A stretch of DNA of 64,000 bases, taken from positions 81,748-145,747 of the forward strand of contig JACVGT010000021.1 of NCBI GenBank assembly GCA_018992685.1, in the 5' to 3' direction. The position numbers were made by a program, and so were the translations under genes. Under the pieces are notes generated by a model. The model saw nothing but the letters and a program-made list of their open reading frames with translations, ran no database searches and was not told the origin of the DNA. This DNA comes from Theionarchaea archaeon. Lineage in GTDB: Archaea > Methanobacteriota_B > Thermococci > Methanofastidiosales > SZ-28-30. Below, piece after piece: positions 10,948-22,825 of the stretch (the first letter of the stretch is position 1; each line of letters starts with the position of its first letter).

Positions 10948-13077
10948 TCACAAGTCACTGTCAACTAAAACAACCTGACCGAAGCTCGTTCCACCGTCTC
11001 CTGGAGGCACTTCACAGTGAAGGTACAGGTTGGTTCCTCTGCGGTGCATTTCCTTTCTCAGAACAGTGGTGATGATTTCATTGTATGCCACTCCTCCGGA
11101 GAATCCAACTGGCATGTGCAGATCTTCATAATGAGATACTACTTCACTGTATGCCCTGCCCAGAGCAGCGTGTGCTGTTCGGGCAATATCCTTCTTAGAC
11201 GCATTAATTTCAGAAATCTTCTTCACAAAGTCCCTCACCATGATTGCATCCCCTTCTACTTCCATTTCCAGACCAAGATCACATCCTCCCATGGCAAGAG
11301 ATTCCGCTTTCATGGCAGGCTCTCCTTCATACGTTCTCTCGTAACAGATTCCGGTTAGAACAGCCACACTATCCAGGAAGCGTCCAGTTGAAGAAGTGAG
11401 AACCTTTTCCTTCTTCAGCCGCGATAAAAGGATTCTCTGTTCTTCTGGGGAATAGCGGTAACCGGGAATTTCATGTTCCAAATAGCTGAGCAGCATCCTT
11501 TCTGGATATTTTGTAGCCAGATCTCCTCCAGGCATGGGCACATATTCCAGGTGGCCAAGTCTCTCTGACGCTGTAAGTATTTCACCCCCCCACACATTTC
11601 CGTCCAGCCCGTATCCCGCACCATCAGCTGTGATTACCACCATCTCCTGATTATGCTCGGCCATCAGCCCACGTGCGTGCGCGAAATGGTGCTGTACCTT
11701 CTTCAAAGGAATCCCGTGCGTTTCACAGAATTCCTCAGCCTGCCGCCCTGTGGAGTACTGGGGATGCAGATCAGATACGATTAGCTCAACAGCAGACCAA
11801 TCAATTCCCAGCAATCGCATCATATGGGAAATGGCTTCCTTCTGGAATAAGAGAGTGTCATAGTGTGACGTATCCCCTATGTGCTGGGAAAGAAAGGCTT
11901 TTCTTCCTTTGGTGATGCAGAATGTGTTGTTCAGCTCCCCACCTACTGCCAGGACGACTTTTTCGTGTGTCACCGGAATTCCCCGGGGCACAAATCCTCG
12001 GGACCTTCTGATGAACATCCCATTCCTGATAACAGAATCATCGCACCGGTTGACAATTCTGAGATCGTGAGCAAGAAAGGCATCTGCAACGGGTAGCTCC
12101 TGTCGCGCAGCAGCATTGTCGACTATCATAGGGTTGCCTGGGAAATTGGCTGAGGTCATGACAAACACGTCACTGTGACTGAAGTGAAACAGTATGTGAT
12201 GAACAGGTGCATAGGGCAGCATGATCCCTATGGTGTGGAGTCCTGGAGCTACAGCTTCCAATGGAATCTTCTTGGGCAAAACGACAATGGGTCGCATCCA
12301 GGATTCCATGAGGTTTTCCTCCCCCCGGAAGTGAGCCAGGGCTCTGACTGCTTCTATGTTGCGAGCCATCAGAGCAAAGGGCTGTTGCGGACGATTGAGC
12401 GCTTTTCTCAACGTTGTGACCACTTCATTATCTATTCTACACGCAATATGATATCCGCCCAACCCCTTTATGGCCACAATGTTATCTGCGTCCAGAAGAC
12501 GTGCGGCCTTCTCTATGGACATGTCATACTTGGGGCCCTCTTGTGGACAGCACACGGGCTCTGCATGGTATCGTCTATCTGTAATGGTCGTATACTGTTC
12601 TTGACAGAATTCACACAGGGGAAAGGCCTTCATAGATGTCTTTTCTCGGTCATATGGAATTTCTTCAATGATAGTAAATCGCGGACCACAATTTGTGCAA
12701 TTTATAAATGGATACATATACCTTCTATCTGACGGTGAGAAGAGCTCTTCCAGGCAGTCATCACAGACTGCAATGTCTGGAGGGATTATTGATTCACCAC
12801 CTTCCCTCTTCCGGCTTTTCACAACTTCAAACGTCTTGAAGTTCTGATCAGGAAGCTCTTCTTTCTCAATTCTGTCAATTTCTGATATGGGCGGCTTCTC
12901 GTTCTGTAGATCGTTTAAGAAATGCTCAATATCTTCTGCGGATCCCTCTACGGAAATCTCAACGTGATCTCCCACGTTGGCTATATACCCTCTGAGGTTA
13001 TTCTCCAGCGCAATGCGGTGAATGAAAGGGCGGAACCCCACTGCCTGGACGATACCGTGCACCTGAAGTTTGAGCAT
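10948..13077 (-). CDS. hypF: Hydrogenase maturation carbamoyltransferase HypF
   Basis: VHGIVQAVGFRPF acylphosphatase domain, CDDC/CTNCGPR zinc fingers, QHHFAH, DGAGYG, GDGGTSFGQ. ATG at 13077 follows a GGGAGG RBS. Confidence 0.96.
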   Translation of the reverse strand: MLKLQVHGIVQAVGFRPFIHRIALENNLRGYIANVGDHVEISVEGSAEDIEHFLNDLQNEKPPISEIDRIEKEELPDQNFKTFEVVKSRKREGGESIIPPDIAVCDDCLEELFSPSDRRYMYPFINCTNCGPRFTIIEEIPYDREKTSMKAFPLCEFCQEQYTTITDRRYHAEPVCCPQEGPKYDMSIEKAARLLDADNIVAIKGLGGYHIACRIDNEVVTTLRKALNRPQQPFALMARNIEAVRALAHFRGEENLMESWMRPIVVLPKKIPLEAVAPGLHTIGIMLPYAPVHHILFHFSHSDVFVMTSANFPGNPMIVDNAAARQELPVADAFLAHDLRIVNRCDDSVIRNGMFIRRSRGFVPRGIPVTHEKVVLAVGGELNNTFCITKGRKAFLSQHIGDTSHYDTLLFQKEAISHMMRLLGIDWSAVELIVSDLHPQYSTGRQAEEFCETHGIPLKKVQHHFAHARGLMAEHNQEMVVITADGAGYGLDGNVWGGEILTASERLGHLEYVPMPGGDLATKYPERMLLSYLEHEIPGYRYSPEEQRILLSRLKKEKVLTSSTGRFLDSVAVLTGICYERTYEGEPAMKAESLAMGGCDLGLEMEVEGDAIMVRDFVKKISEINASKKDIARTAHAALGRAYSEVVSHYEDLHMPVGFSGGVAYNEIITTVLRKEMHRRGTNLYLHCEVPPGDGGTSFGQVVLVDSDL

Positions 13078-13312
13078 AATCCTCCCACTTGATGGACTTT
13101 TAAATCCCTTTTGGTTTGACAGACGCACGAACCGTGTTCGTGGCAGACCAGCGCTGCCGTATTAGTGAGTGACTGCTATCACTGGTTCTATGACACCTGT
13201 GCTTGCCCTCGCTTGATATGTCTGCCTTTCGTTGCACCGGCCTGCAATGTGACGTCTTTTCTGTACCTGACGCATAGAAAATTCTTAAGAAGCCAGCCCG
13301 TCATGATGCAAT

Positions 13313-14032
13313 ATGAACCCTGCACATTTGTTGTGTGATCCTGACAAGGTCGCAAGGTCTGTACTTCTCCCCGGAGATCCCAGAAGATCTGAGTGGATAG
13401 CAGATTTCTTTGATAATACAGAAAAAGTTGCACACAACAGAGAATTCCTCCTGTTCACTGGTGAGTACAAAGGTGTTCCAGTTTCTGTATGCTCCACAGG
13501 AATTGGCTCTCCTTCAGCAGTCATAGCTCTCGAAGAGCTCATCATGTGTGGTGCAAAGACTTTCATCAGAGTGGGCACGTGCGGTGCCCTCCAGGAGAAC
13601 ATTGATATCGGGGATTTAGTCATACCTCTGGCCAGCTGCAGAGGAGAAGGAACATCCTCACGGTACGCCCCTCCTGAATTCCCTGCAGTTGCTGACCCTG
13701 ATGTTGTCGGGAGCTTAAGAAAGGCAGCTCCCGCAGCACATGTGGGTATTGTGTGGACTGATGATTCTTTCTATTGCTCGGGTGCGCAGTGCTGGCATTC
13801 TCTGGGGATTCTAGCAGTGGAAATGGAATGTGCGTCTTTGTTCACCGTGTCTTTGCTTAAGAAAGTGCAGACGGGAGCAATACTGGCTGTGGATGGGAAC
13901 ATCCTTTTGGGAACGTGTAAGAGTGATAGAAAGGCTACTGATCACACAGAAGTTTCTCAGGAAACACGGGAAGGTATTGAAAGAGAGATCGAGGCAGCTC
14001 TGGAAGCAGTGGTGTACTTGAGCCGGGAATAG
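13313..14032 (+). CDS. Nucleoside phosphorylase (uridine/purine, PNP_UDP family)
   Basis: LLPGDPRR, STGIGSPS, IRVGTCGAL, AVEMECA. Confidence 0.92.
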   Translation: MNPAHLLCDPDKVARSVLLPGDPRRSEWIADFFDNTEKVAHNREFLLFTGEYKGVPVSVCSTGIGSPSAVIALEELIMCGAKTFIRVGTCGALQENIDIGDLVIPLASCRGEGTSSRYAPPEFPAVADPDVVGSLRKAAPAAHVGIVWTDDSFYCSGAQCWHSLGILAVEMECASLFTVSLLKKVQTGAILAVDGNILLGTCKSDRKATDHTEVSQETREGIEREIEAALEAVVYLSRE

Positions 14033-14315
14033 CCCATATCATCACACATGCAGTGATCCAAGGTCGCTTTCGCGTGCTTTTTCTCATTCCCCTTCCTGGA
14101 CACTAGAAAGAGGTAACACAATCAAGGAGGAAAAGTTTGCCCTTAACGTGTAACTCCGCGTACAGAACACATATATTTACATTGGTCAAATTGATCAAGG
14201 TAAACTTGTCATAGGTAAAATCTGGGAATCATCCAGCATCAATTACCTCTTTACACAGAGTCCACGCCTTTTCCAGCGAAACGCTTATAAATGAACTGCC
14301 CTTTACCATTTCAAG

Positions 14316-14648
14316 GTGACAGACGTGACATTGGAAGTACTCAGAGAAATCAGAGAAACAGAAGAGAAAGCAGAGAATATCATAGAAAGGGCGCGCATTG
14401 AAGCACAGGGTATAATTCGCGACGCCAGACAAGAGGCAGACAGATTATTTCAAAAGGAACAGGATGAAGCCCAGAAAAGTGGGGAAAAAAAGAAGAAGAG
14501 GATCATAGAGGACGCCAAAAAAGAGGCAGAAGATATCAGGAAGGAAGCAGAACGGCAGATTCAGGAAATTGCCACTATTCCAGAAAAGAAGGTCGATGAA
14601 GCAGTAACAGAAATTGTCAATAGAGTGAGAAAAGATGCCAGTACCTAA
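14316..14648 (+). CDS. atpH: A-type ATP synthase subunit H
   Basis: Short charged coiled coil (LREIRETEEKAENIIERA); first gene of the operon; TATA CTTATAAA at about 14284. Confidence 0.82.
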   Translation: MTDVTLEVLREIRETEEKAENIIERARIEAQGIIRDARQEADRLFQKEQDEAQKSGEKKKKRIIEDAKKEAEDIRKEAERQIQEIATIPEKKVDEAVTEIVNRVRKDAST

Positions 14649-16611
14649 GATGCTCAAGGTGCACATAGTTGCCCATGCTGACTATAAGGACAAAGTCATA
14701 GAAAAGCTCCATGATGCAGGTCTCGTTGAGGTGGAAAGCTTCATTGAGATACCTGAAGGGTTGCACACAGAAGATGTGGATACAGGCGATCTTGAACGCA
14801 GATTGGCCGATCTGACCTTCGGCATTGAGTTCTTGTATAGATTCAGTGAGAAACCCAACCTTCTAGAGAGTTTCTTTCTTCCCCGTTACAAGATAGAAAG
14901 AAAGGATTACGACTCTGCTGTCAAGGAATTCGATTTTTCAATCATAGAGGAGGCGAAAGAACTCGACCAGACTCTTTCTGAACTGAAAAACGAAGAGACC
15001 CGGCTCAAATCTATTATTCAGCAGTTGCAGCCGTGGGAAAACCTGGGCATTGCTGTCCGTGACTTTGAGACAGTGAGAACTGTCACTGAGGTAGGAATCA
15101 TTCCTACCGAGGCTGTGAGCGAAATCTCACAGGTGGACCATGTTCATGTGGAGATTCCACTCTCCACTGAGAGGAAAACATGGATATCTGTCACCTATTT
15201 GAAAGATTACAGCGATGATATGGAGACAATCTTCCGGAAGCTGGATTTCCAGAAAGTGTCACTTCCTGGAGGGAGCGAGGGGACTCCAGCAGAAACTATT
15301 GAAGAAGCAAGACACCAGATTCAGGAGCTTCAGAAGGAGAGGGAGAAAGCGGAAGAACGGGGTGCGGCTCTTGCTGAAAAACGAATGCATTTGATGATTG
15401 TATACGACCATTACGCGGACATTAAGAAAAAACATGATGTCAGAAAGAATTTTGCCAGTACGGAAAAATCCTTCATTCTACAAGGGTGGATCAAAAAGGA
15501 GGATCTTCCCGTACTAGAAAAGGAACTCTCTTTCATTGATGAAGTGGAGATTTCCAGTTATGAGCCATCTGACATAGATGATGTTCCGGTGGAGATAGAA
15601 AACAAAAGAGCATTCAAGCCCTTTGAGGTCATCACCCGGATCTACGGCCTCCCCCTGTACAAGGAGATCGATCCCACCCTGCTGCTTTTTCCCTTTTTCA
15701 TTGTATTTTTTGGATTATGTCTTTCCGATTTTGTGTATGGGGCAGTTCTCATCCTGCTCTCTGTGTTTGCCCTGAAGAAAATAAAGATCGGGCCTGATGC
15801 CGTACTCTTGTTCAAGGTGTTGATTGTGGGTGGAGCAGTCACCATGGTGCTCGGCCTTTTGACAGGTGGATGGGCAGGCGATCTCACCATGTATTTACCC
15901 CAACAGCTTTCATTTCTGGAAAATGTCAGAGAGTCTCTTACGGTGATTAATTTGTTGGAAAACCCCATTCTTATGTTGGAAATAGCCCTGATCTTGGGAT
16001 TGATCCAGGTATGGGTGGGGATCTTAATTCGTGGATACATGAATGTGCGAGACGGGTATTATCTTGACGCCATCTTTGACCAGGGATTGTGGTTGTTGTT
16101 GCTTCCCGTGGGTACACTTACCCTGGTAAATAAGATGTTTGGTGTTGATGTGCCTGCAGCAGACCTCATGTTCAATCTCTCGCTGGGTGCTCTGGCAGGG
16201 TTGGTTCTGACGCAGGGACGCTATCAGAAAGCAAAGAACCCTGTAGTGGCCTTAGGGAAGAAAGCAATGGTGGGAGTGCTCAGTATCTACAATATTTTCG
16301 GGTATCTTGGAGATGTGCTCAGTTATTCACGTATTCTGGCCTTGGGATTGGCCACAGCAGCTCTGGCATCTGCTTTTAACATGGTGGCTGTACAGTTTTC
16401 AGGAGCGAAGATACTGGGACCAGTTATCATGGTGGTATTCCTCATTTTGCTGCACCTTTTGAATATTATCATTTCTTCTCTGAGTGCTTTCGTGCACTCA
16501 GGAAGGCTCCAGTTTGTTGAATACTTTACTAAATTCTTGGAAGGAGGCGGACGCACATTCAAACCATTTGGATCTCGTCCAAAATATGTAAAAATCAAAG
16601 AGGAGGACTAG
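14635..16611 (+). CDS. atpI: A-type ATP synthase subunit I (a)
   Basis: EIDPT, DFVYG, GDVLSYSRILALGLA, HSGRLQFVEYF. Confidence 0.96.
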   Translation: MPVPKMLKVHIVAHADYKDKVIEKLHDAGLVEVESFIEIPEGLHTEDVDTGDLERRLADLTFGIEFLYRFSEKPNLLESFFLPRYKIERKDYDSAVKEFDFSIIEEAKELDQTLSELKNEETRLKSIIQQLQPWENLGIAVRDFETVRTVTEVGIIPTEAVSEISQVDHVHVEIPLSTERKTWISVTYLKDYSDDMETIFRKLDFQKVSLPGGSEGTPAETIEEARHQIQELQKEREKAEERGAALAEKRMHLMIVYDHYADIKKKHDVRKNFASTEKSFILQGWIKKEDLPVLEKELSFIDEVEISSYEPSDIDDVPVEIENKRAFKPFEVITRIYGLPLYKEIDPTLLLFPFFIVFFGLCLSDFVYGAVLILLSVFALKKIKIGPDAVLLFKVLIVGGAVTMVLGLLTGGWAGDLTMYLPQQLSFLENVRESLTVINLLENPILMLEIALILGLIQVWVGILIRGYMNVRDGYYLDAIFDQGLWLLLLPVGTLTLVNKMFGVDVPAADLMFNLSLGALAGLVLTQGRYQKAKNPVVALGKKAMVGVLSIYNIFGYLGDVLSYSRILALGLATAALASAFNMVAVQFSGAKILGPVIMVVFLILLHLLNIIISSLSAFVHSGRLQFVEYFTKFLEGGGRTFKPFGSRPKYVKIKEED

Positions 16612-17103
<492 letters not shown>

Positions 17104-17107
17104 TGCT

Positions 17108-17692
17108 ATGGGAGTAGAAGATATCAAGAGGAAGATAATTACCGATGCGGAAAAGGAAAAGGAGAAGATCCTAGAGGAAGCCAGGGAGAAAGCAGCCCAC
17201 ATCATGGACGAAAAGAGGAAATCTGCCCAGAAAAGGAAAGAAGAAATCCTTTCTAGAGCAGAAAAGGATGGCGAAATGGAGAAGAGCAGGATCTTGACTA
17301 TCGAAAAGCTCGAATCCAGGAAAAATCTGCTGGCAGCAAAGCAGACTGTCATACAGCGCGTATTTGATGCCGCCCTGGAGCACCTATCTGCCTCAGATGA
17401 ATATGAAGGAATTCTGGCAGAACGCATTACACACGTGGCTCATGGAGGGGAGGAAATCATTCTCTCTCCCAGAGATAGAAAGCACCTGGGCAAGGCTTTT
17501 TTTGACAGGGTGAACTCCACATTGAGCCAGCCTCTGACTCCGTCCACTGAAACCAGGAACATTGCAGGAGGATTCATATTGAAGAGGGGCGACATTGAGA
17601 TCAATGAAAGCTTCGACATGCAGATGCGTGAACTGCGGGATGACATGGAACGTGAGGTAGCACACATTCTCTTTTCAGGTGATAGCAGGTGA
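17108..17692 (+). CDS. atpE: A-type ATP synthase subunit E
   Basis: Coiled-coil N-terminus, IAGGFIL...INESF; operon position. Confidence 0.92.
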   Translation: MGVEDIKRKIITDAEKEKEKILEEAREKAAHIMDEKRKSAQKRKEEILSRAEKDGEMEKSRILTIEKLESRKNLLAAKQTVIQRVFDAALEHLSASDEYEGILAERITHVAHGGEEIILSPRDRKHLGKAFFDRVNSTLSQPLTPSTETRNIAGGFILKRGDIEINESFDMQMRELRDDMEREVAHILFSGDSR

Positions 17693-18663
17693 CGGGCTCC
17701 AAGTATGCCTATGCATTCGGAAGGATAAAGGCCCTTGAAGTGGGATTGATCGATGCATCCCAGCTCAAGAGGATGATCGATGCCCGCACAGCTCAGGACG
17801 CAGTGAAGATTGTGGCAGAAACATCATATGGAACCTATCTTTCTGAGAGTCCAGACATACCAGAAATTGAGCGTGCTATCCTTCAAGAAGTGGAAAGGAC
17901 CTACCAGGTTGTGGGGAAGATATCGCCCGAGAAGGCTGTTACTGATCTTCTTCAGCTCAAGTATGATATACACAATATCAAGATCTTACTCAAGTCGCAG
18001 ATAACAGGAAAGGACCTGTCTCATCTGCTGGTGCCCCTGGGGAGAGAAGGTTCTGGCGCATTGAAGGCAGCATGCGATGGAGATCTGAAGGCAGTATCCC
18101 CTGAGGTAGCACAGATCATTCAGAAAGCACTCTCGCTGTATGAAGAGAGCGGGGATTTTCAGAAAGTCCAGTTCTTTCTGGACAGGGAGCATTCCCTTTT
18201 GCTCAGTGAGGGTTTCAGTGAAATCCCTTTCCTGCGGCAGTACAATGCCCTTGCAGTTGATCTAGAGAATATTCGCAACTTCATCAGAGCAGAAAAGATG
18301 GAAATCGGGTTTGAGGAGGTCTTCTTGTCAGGAGGGACACTGGTGCTGGCTTTTTTTTCTGAGGTAAAGGATCAACCCGCTGACTACTTTATGGAATCCA
18401 CCAGGAATCGTGATTTTGCAGGTGTGGTTCATGAGGGGTTGACTGCCTATCAGGAGACAGGCTCACTCTCTCGTTACGAGACGCTGGTAGACAACTTCCT
18501 CATGGAGTACATGAAGAAAGCAAAGACATACTCCCTTTCTCTTGAGCCGGTAGTTGGATACCTCTTTGCCAAAGAACGGGAGGCAAAAGTGGTGAGACAG
18601 ATACTTATTTCAAAAATGAAAGGGATCGATATCACAGGAAGGGTGAGTGACGTTTATGAATAA
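17689..18663 (+). CDS. atpC: A-type ATP synthase subunit C
   Basis: YAYAFGRIKALE, KYDIHNIK, DLENIRNFIR, KEREAK. Confidence 0.92.
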   Translation: MTGSKYAYAFGRIKALEVGLIDASQLKRMIDARTAQDAVKIVAETSYGTYLSESPDIPEIERAILQEVERTYQVVGKISPEKAVTDLLQLKYDIHNIKILLKSQITGKDLSHLLVPLGREGSGALKAACDGDLKAVSPEVAQIIQKALSLYEESGDFQKVQFFLDREHSLLLSEGFSEIPFLRQYNALAVDLENIRNFIRAEKMEIGFEEVFLSGGTLVLAFFSEVKDQPADYFMESTRNRDFAGVVHEGLTAYQETGSLSRYETLVDNFLMEYMKKAKTYSLSLEPVVGYLFAKEREAKVVRQILISKMKGIDITGRVSDVYE

Positions 18664-18973
18664 GATAGCAATGATATCAGATAGAGAGACAGGATTGATC
18701 TTTAAGAACATGGGAATCGATAGTCTGGAGGCTGAAACTCCCGACATGGCCTCTGCACTCCTGAGAGAACACGCCAAGGAGTATGGAATCATCTTCATCA
18801 CGGAAGACCTGGCAGTACAGATTGCAGGTACTATTGAGGAATATGCATCTTCAAGTCTTCCTGCAGTCATTGAAATACCTTCATTTGAGGGGCCAAAAGG
18901 CCTGGGCAAAATGAAGATGAGACGCATCTGCGAAAAAGCTGCAGGTGCTGATATTCTGTTTAAGGAGGAATGA
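18656..18973 (+). CDS. atpF: A-type ATP synthase subunit F
   Basis: [33 protein letters not shown]. Confidence 0.92.
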   Translation: MNKIAMISDRETGLIFKNMGIDSLEAETPDMASALLREHAKEYGIIFITEDLAVQIAGTIEEYASSSLPAVIEIPSFEGPKGLGKMKMRRICEKAAGADILFKEE

Positions 18974-20718
18974 TTATGGGTACAATTATCAAGGTGTCTG
19001 GACCCGTGGTGGTGGCAGAGAAGATGGAAAATGCCCGAATGTACGATGTGTGCAGGGTGGCAGACGAGCGGCTGATTGGTGAAATCATTGAGCTGCGAGG
19101 CGATAAAGCCACCATTCAAGTATATGAAGAGACAGCAGGATTAGGCCCGGGCGATCCCGTTGAATCCACAGGGAAACCATTGAGTGTGGAACTGGGTCCG
19201 GGAATGATTGAGTCAATTTATGATGGAATACAGAGACCTCTGGATGTGATCAGGGATAGAATTGGACCCCACATCAAGAGAGGAATTGAGCAACCTGGTA
19301 TTGACAGGAAAAAGAAGTGGGAGTTCCAGCCCTTGCTGAAAAAAGGGCAGAAAGTCGTGAGTGGAGATATCCTGGGCGTTGTGCAGGAAGGCCCCCTGGT
19401 GAGCCACCGGATTCTGATTCCCATAGGCTCAGAGGGAGAGATCGAAGAGATCTTTTCTGGAACCTTTACGGTGGAGGAAACTGTTGCCACCCTTGATGGC
19501 ACGGATATTTCTATGCTTCAGAAATGGCCTGTTCGAAAGGGGAGACCATACAAGGAGAAGCTGCCACCGTCCAGCCCACTGGTGACGGGGCAGCGCATTG
19601 TGGATACCTTCTTTCCCATGGCCAAGGGCGGGACTGCGTGCTGTCCGGGACCGTTTGGATCGGGAAAGACCGTGACACAGCACCAACTGGCGAAATGGGC
19701 AGAGGCAGATATCATATTCTTTGTAGGATGCGGAGAACGCGGTAATGAAATGGCAGAAGTGCTACGGGAATTCCCCGGGCTGCAGGATCCCAAGAGTGGG
19801 GAACCGCTGATGAAGAGAACTGTCTTGGTGGCCAATACTTCAGACATGCCCGTGGCAGCACGGGAAGCTTCCATTTACACGGGAATTACACTGGCAGAGT
19901 ATTTCAGAGATATGGGGTATTCAGTGGCCTTGATGGCAGATTCCACATCCAGGTGGGCTGAAGCACTGCGAGAGATATCAGGGCGGCTGGAAGAAATGCC
20001 AGGTGAAGAGGGGTACCCCGCATATCTGGCGTCCCGGCTGGCTGAATTCTATGAACGTGCAGGCAAGGTGGTTACCTTGGGGTCTGAGTACAGGGAAGGG
20101 TCATTGTCTGTAATTGGAGCAGTTTCTCCTCCCGGTGGGGACTTTTCAGAGCCTGTGACCCAGGCCACTCTGAGAATCACCAAGGTGTTCTGGGGCCTGG
20201 ATGCACGACTGGCCTTTGCCAGACACTTCCCGGCCATCGACTGGCTACAGAGTTATTCACTGTATCTGGACGATGTGAAAGACTGGTGGACTGAAAATGT
20301 TTCCGGGAACTGGAGAAGCTACCGGGATGAAGCCATGCGTATCCTGCAGGAAGAAGCGGAATTGGAAGAGATTGTACGGCTGGTAGGAGTTGAAGCCCTG
20401 TCCAACAGAGACCGATTGTTGTTGGAGACTGCAAAATCTCTGCGAGAAGATTTCCTTCACCAGAATGCGTACCATGAGATTGATACGTATACGTCTTCTG
20501 AAAAGCAGTTCACCATGCTGGAACTCATCCTTGATCTCCATCACTGGGGCCTGGATGCACTGGGCAGGGGTGCACCCATTAAGCCGATACTGGAATTGAA
20601 AGAAAGGGAAGATATCGCCAAACTCAAGTTCGTTTCAGAAGAGGAATTTCCCAAGGCACTGGAGGGGTTGAGGGAGCGAATACGAACTGCAGTGCAGTCC
20701 ATGAAGGGAGGAGATTGA
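18970..20718 (+). CDS. atpA: A-type ATP synthase subunit A
   Basis: [30 protein letters not shown]; no intein. Confidence 0.98.
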   Translation: MIMGTIIKVSGPVVVAEKMENARMYDVCRVADERLIGEIIELRGDKATIQVYEETAGLGPGDPVESTGKPLSVELGPGMIESIYDGIQRPLDVIRDRIGPHIKRGIEQPGIDRKKKWEFQPLLKKGQKVVSGDILGVVQEGPLVSHRILIPIGSEGEIEEIFSGTFTVEETVATLDGTDISMLQKWPVRKGRPYKEKLPPSSPLVTGQRIVDTFFPMAKGGTACCPGPFGSGKTVTQHQLAKWAEADIIFFVGCGERGNEMAEVLREFPGLQDPKSGEPLMKRTVLVANTSDMPVAAREASIYTGITLAEYFRDMGYSVALMADSTSRWAEALREISGRLEEMPGEEGYPAYLASRLAEFYERAGKVVTLGSEYREGSLSVIGAVSPPGGDFSEPVTQATLRITKVFWGLDARLAFARHFPAIDWLQSYSLYLDDVKDWWTENVSGNWRSYRDEAMRILQEEAELEEIVRLVGVEALSNRDRLLLETAKSLREDFLHQNAYHEIDTYTSSEKQFTMLELILDLHHWGLDALGRGAPIKPILELKEREDIAKLKFVSEEEFPKALEGLRERIRTAVQSMKGGD

Positions 20719-22131
20719 ATGCCCAAAGAATACAGGACCATTTCTGAGATAGCAGGCCCCCTGATGGTAGTAGAAAAGATCGAAGGAGTGAAATACGGAG
20801 AACTTGTGGAAATCGAGCTTGCTTCTGGAGAAAAGAGAAGAGGCCGTGTCTTGGAAGTGGAAGTAGGCAAGGCTCTGGTGCAGATTTTTGAAGGTTCTTC
20901 AGAGCTTGATGTGAATCAGACCAAGGTGCGTTTCCTGGGCAAGGGAATTGAACTGGCTGTATCCCAGGACATGCTGGGTCGAGTGTTTTCGGGATTGGGT
21001 GAACCAATAGATAAGGGTCCCAGAATTATCCCTGAAGATCGTCTGGACATTTCAGGAAGCCCGATCAACCCATATGCTCGCGATTATCCTATAGACTTTA
21101 TTCAAACTGGTATATCTGCTATTGATGGAATGAATTCTCTGGTGCGGGGACAGAAGCTTCCCATTTTCTCCGGATCAGGACTGCCCCATGCTGCCATTGC
21201 TGCACAGATTGCCAGGCAATCCAGAGTGCTCAAGACAGAAGAAGAATTCGCTGTGGTCTTTGGAGCAATGGGAGTCACCTTTGAAGAAGCCAATTACTTC
21301 ATTTCCGACTTCAGACAGACGGGAGCCATTGAACGGTCGGTAGTGTTCATTAATCTGGCAGATGACCCGGCTGTGGAGAGAATATCGACTCCCCGGATGG
21401 CTTTAACTGCAGCAGAATACCTGGCATTTACCCTGGACATGCACGTTCTGGTCATTCTGACTGACATGACCAACTACTGTGAGGCACTGCGGGAGATCTC
21501 TGCTGCCAGGATGGAAGTCCCGGGAAGAAGAGGGTATCCCGGGTACATGTACACTGATCTGGCCACCATCTATGAGAGAGCGGGTAGGATAAAGGGCAAG
21601 AAGGGTTCAATAACGTCATTTCCTATTCTGTCCATGCCCGAAGACGACATAACTCACCCCATACCAGATCTTACGGGGTACATAACAGAAGGGCAGATTT
21701 TCCTCAGCAGGGAACTGCACAGGAAAGGTATCTACCCCCCTATTGACGTGCTTCCTTCATTATCTCGTCTGAAAGACCTGGGTATCGGTGTTGTCAAGGA
21801 AACAGGGGAACTAAGAACAAGAGAAGATCACCCGGATGTTTTGAACCAGTTGTATGCTGCCTATGCCAGAGGAAAGGAAGCACGAGAACTGGCAGTCATC
21901 TTGGGTGAAGCAGCCCTGACTGACGTTGACAAGAAGTTCCTGGGATTCGCAGACCAATTTGAGCAGAAGTTTGTGGCCCAGGGCGACCATGAGAACAGGA
22001 CTATCGAACAGACCCTGGACATCGGCTGGGATCTCCTGACCACCCTCCCAGAAGGGGAACTGAAACGTATCAGGCCAGAATACATTGAGAAATATCTGAG
22101 ACCACGGAAGACATCCGGAGAAGGAGCATAA
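20719..22131 (+). CDS. atpB: A-type ATP synthase subunit B
   Basis: [43 protein letters not shown]. Confidence 0.98.
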   Translation: MPKEYRTISEIAGPLMVVEKIEGVKYGELVEIELASGEKRRGRVLEVEVGKALVQIFEGSSELDVNQTKVRFLGKGIELAVSQDMLGRVFSGLGEPIDKGPRIIPEDRLDISGSPINPYARDYPIDFIQTGISAIDGMNSLVRGQKLPIFSGSGLPHAAIAAQIARQSRVLKTEEEFAVVFGAMGVTFEEANYFISDFRQTGAIERSVVFINLADDPAVERISTPRMALTAAEYLAFTLDMHVLVILTDMTNYCEALREISAARMEVPGRRGYPGYMYTDLATIYERAGRIKGKKGSITSFPILSMPEDDITHPIPDLTGYITEGQIFLSRELHRKGIYPPIDVLPSLSRLKDLGIGVVKETGELRTREDHPDVLNQLYAAYARGKEARELAVILGEAALTDVDKKFLGFADQFEQKFVAQGDHENRTIEQTLDIGWDLLTTLPEGELKRIRPEYIEKYLRPRKTSGEGA

Positions 22132-22133
22132 CC

Positions 22134-22751
22134 ATGGCAAAGGTCAATGCAACTCGAATGGAACTACTGAAACTGAAAAAACGGGTCAAACTGGCTAAGA
22201 GAGGACATAAATTGCTGAAAGATAAACGAGATGAGCTCATGAAGCAATTCCTCTCTCTTATTCACAGGAACCGGGAACTGCGAGAGGAGATTGAACGGGA
22301 AATCGCAGTAGTGTACCGCACCTTTATGTCGGCTCGCTCACTGATGTCCCCCGAAATGCTGGAAGAGGCTCTCATGCTTCCTAAGGCGCGCCTGCACGTG
22401 GATGTTGGAACCAGATTGATCATGAGTGTCCAGGTTCCCCAGATCGTGGTATCACAGAAAGGGGAAGGCATCCTCTCTTATGGCCTGTACAATGTCCCCT
22501 CCGAGCTCGATGAGTCGCTGGAGGCACTCCAAGACCTAATGCCCAAGTTGATCCAGCTGGCCGAGATGGAAAAATCGCTGGAGCTTCTGGCAGCAGAAAT
22601 CGAGAAGACCAGGAGACGGGTGAATGCACTTGAATATGTGTTGATCCCCGAGCTGGAAAGTACTGCCAGATTCATTGAGATGAAACTCGACGAGATGGAA
22701 CGTTCAGCTCTGACGACCCTCATGAGTATCACGGGAAAACTGAGAGAGTGA
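22134..22751 (+). CDS. atpD: A-type ATP synthase subunit D
   Basis: VNATRMEL, RGHKLLKDKRD, KTRRRVNALE. Confidence 0.97.
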   Translation: MAKVNATRMELLKLKKRVKLAKRGHKLLKDKRDELMKQFLSLIHRNRELREEIEREIAVVYRTFMSARSLMSPEMLEEALMLPKARLHVDVGTRLIMSVQVPQIVVSQKGEGILSYGLYNVPSELDESLEALQDLMPKLIQLAEMEKSLELLAAEIEKTRRRVNALEYVLIPELESTARFIEMKLDEMERSALTTLMSITGKLRE

Positions 22752-22825
22752 GGGAGGATTGTAGATGAGTTCTCTTTCTCGCACATGACACGAACACTTT
22801 TATTCTTGTGCTTCCCTTGAAGTGC

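Noticed and set aside
13130-13300. Small hairpins (GGCAG/CTGCC, AGTGA/TCACT) between hypF and the nucleoside phosphorylase as a riboswitch or sRNA
   Set aside because: Only 5-bp stems and no known motif; insufficient evidence.
18970-22131. Inteins in atpA/atpB (also checked in cdc6)
   Set aside because: Lengths are normal and no intein splice-junction or LAGLIDADG motifs were seen.
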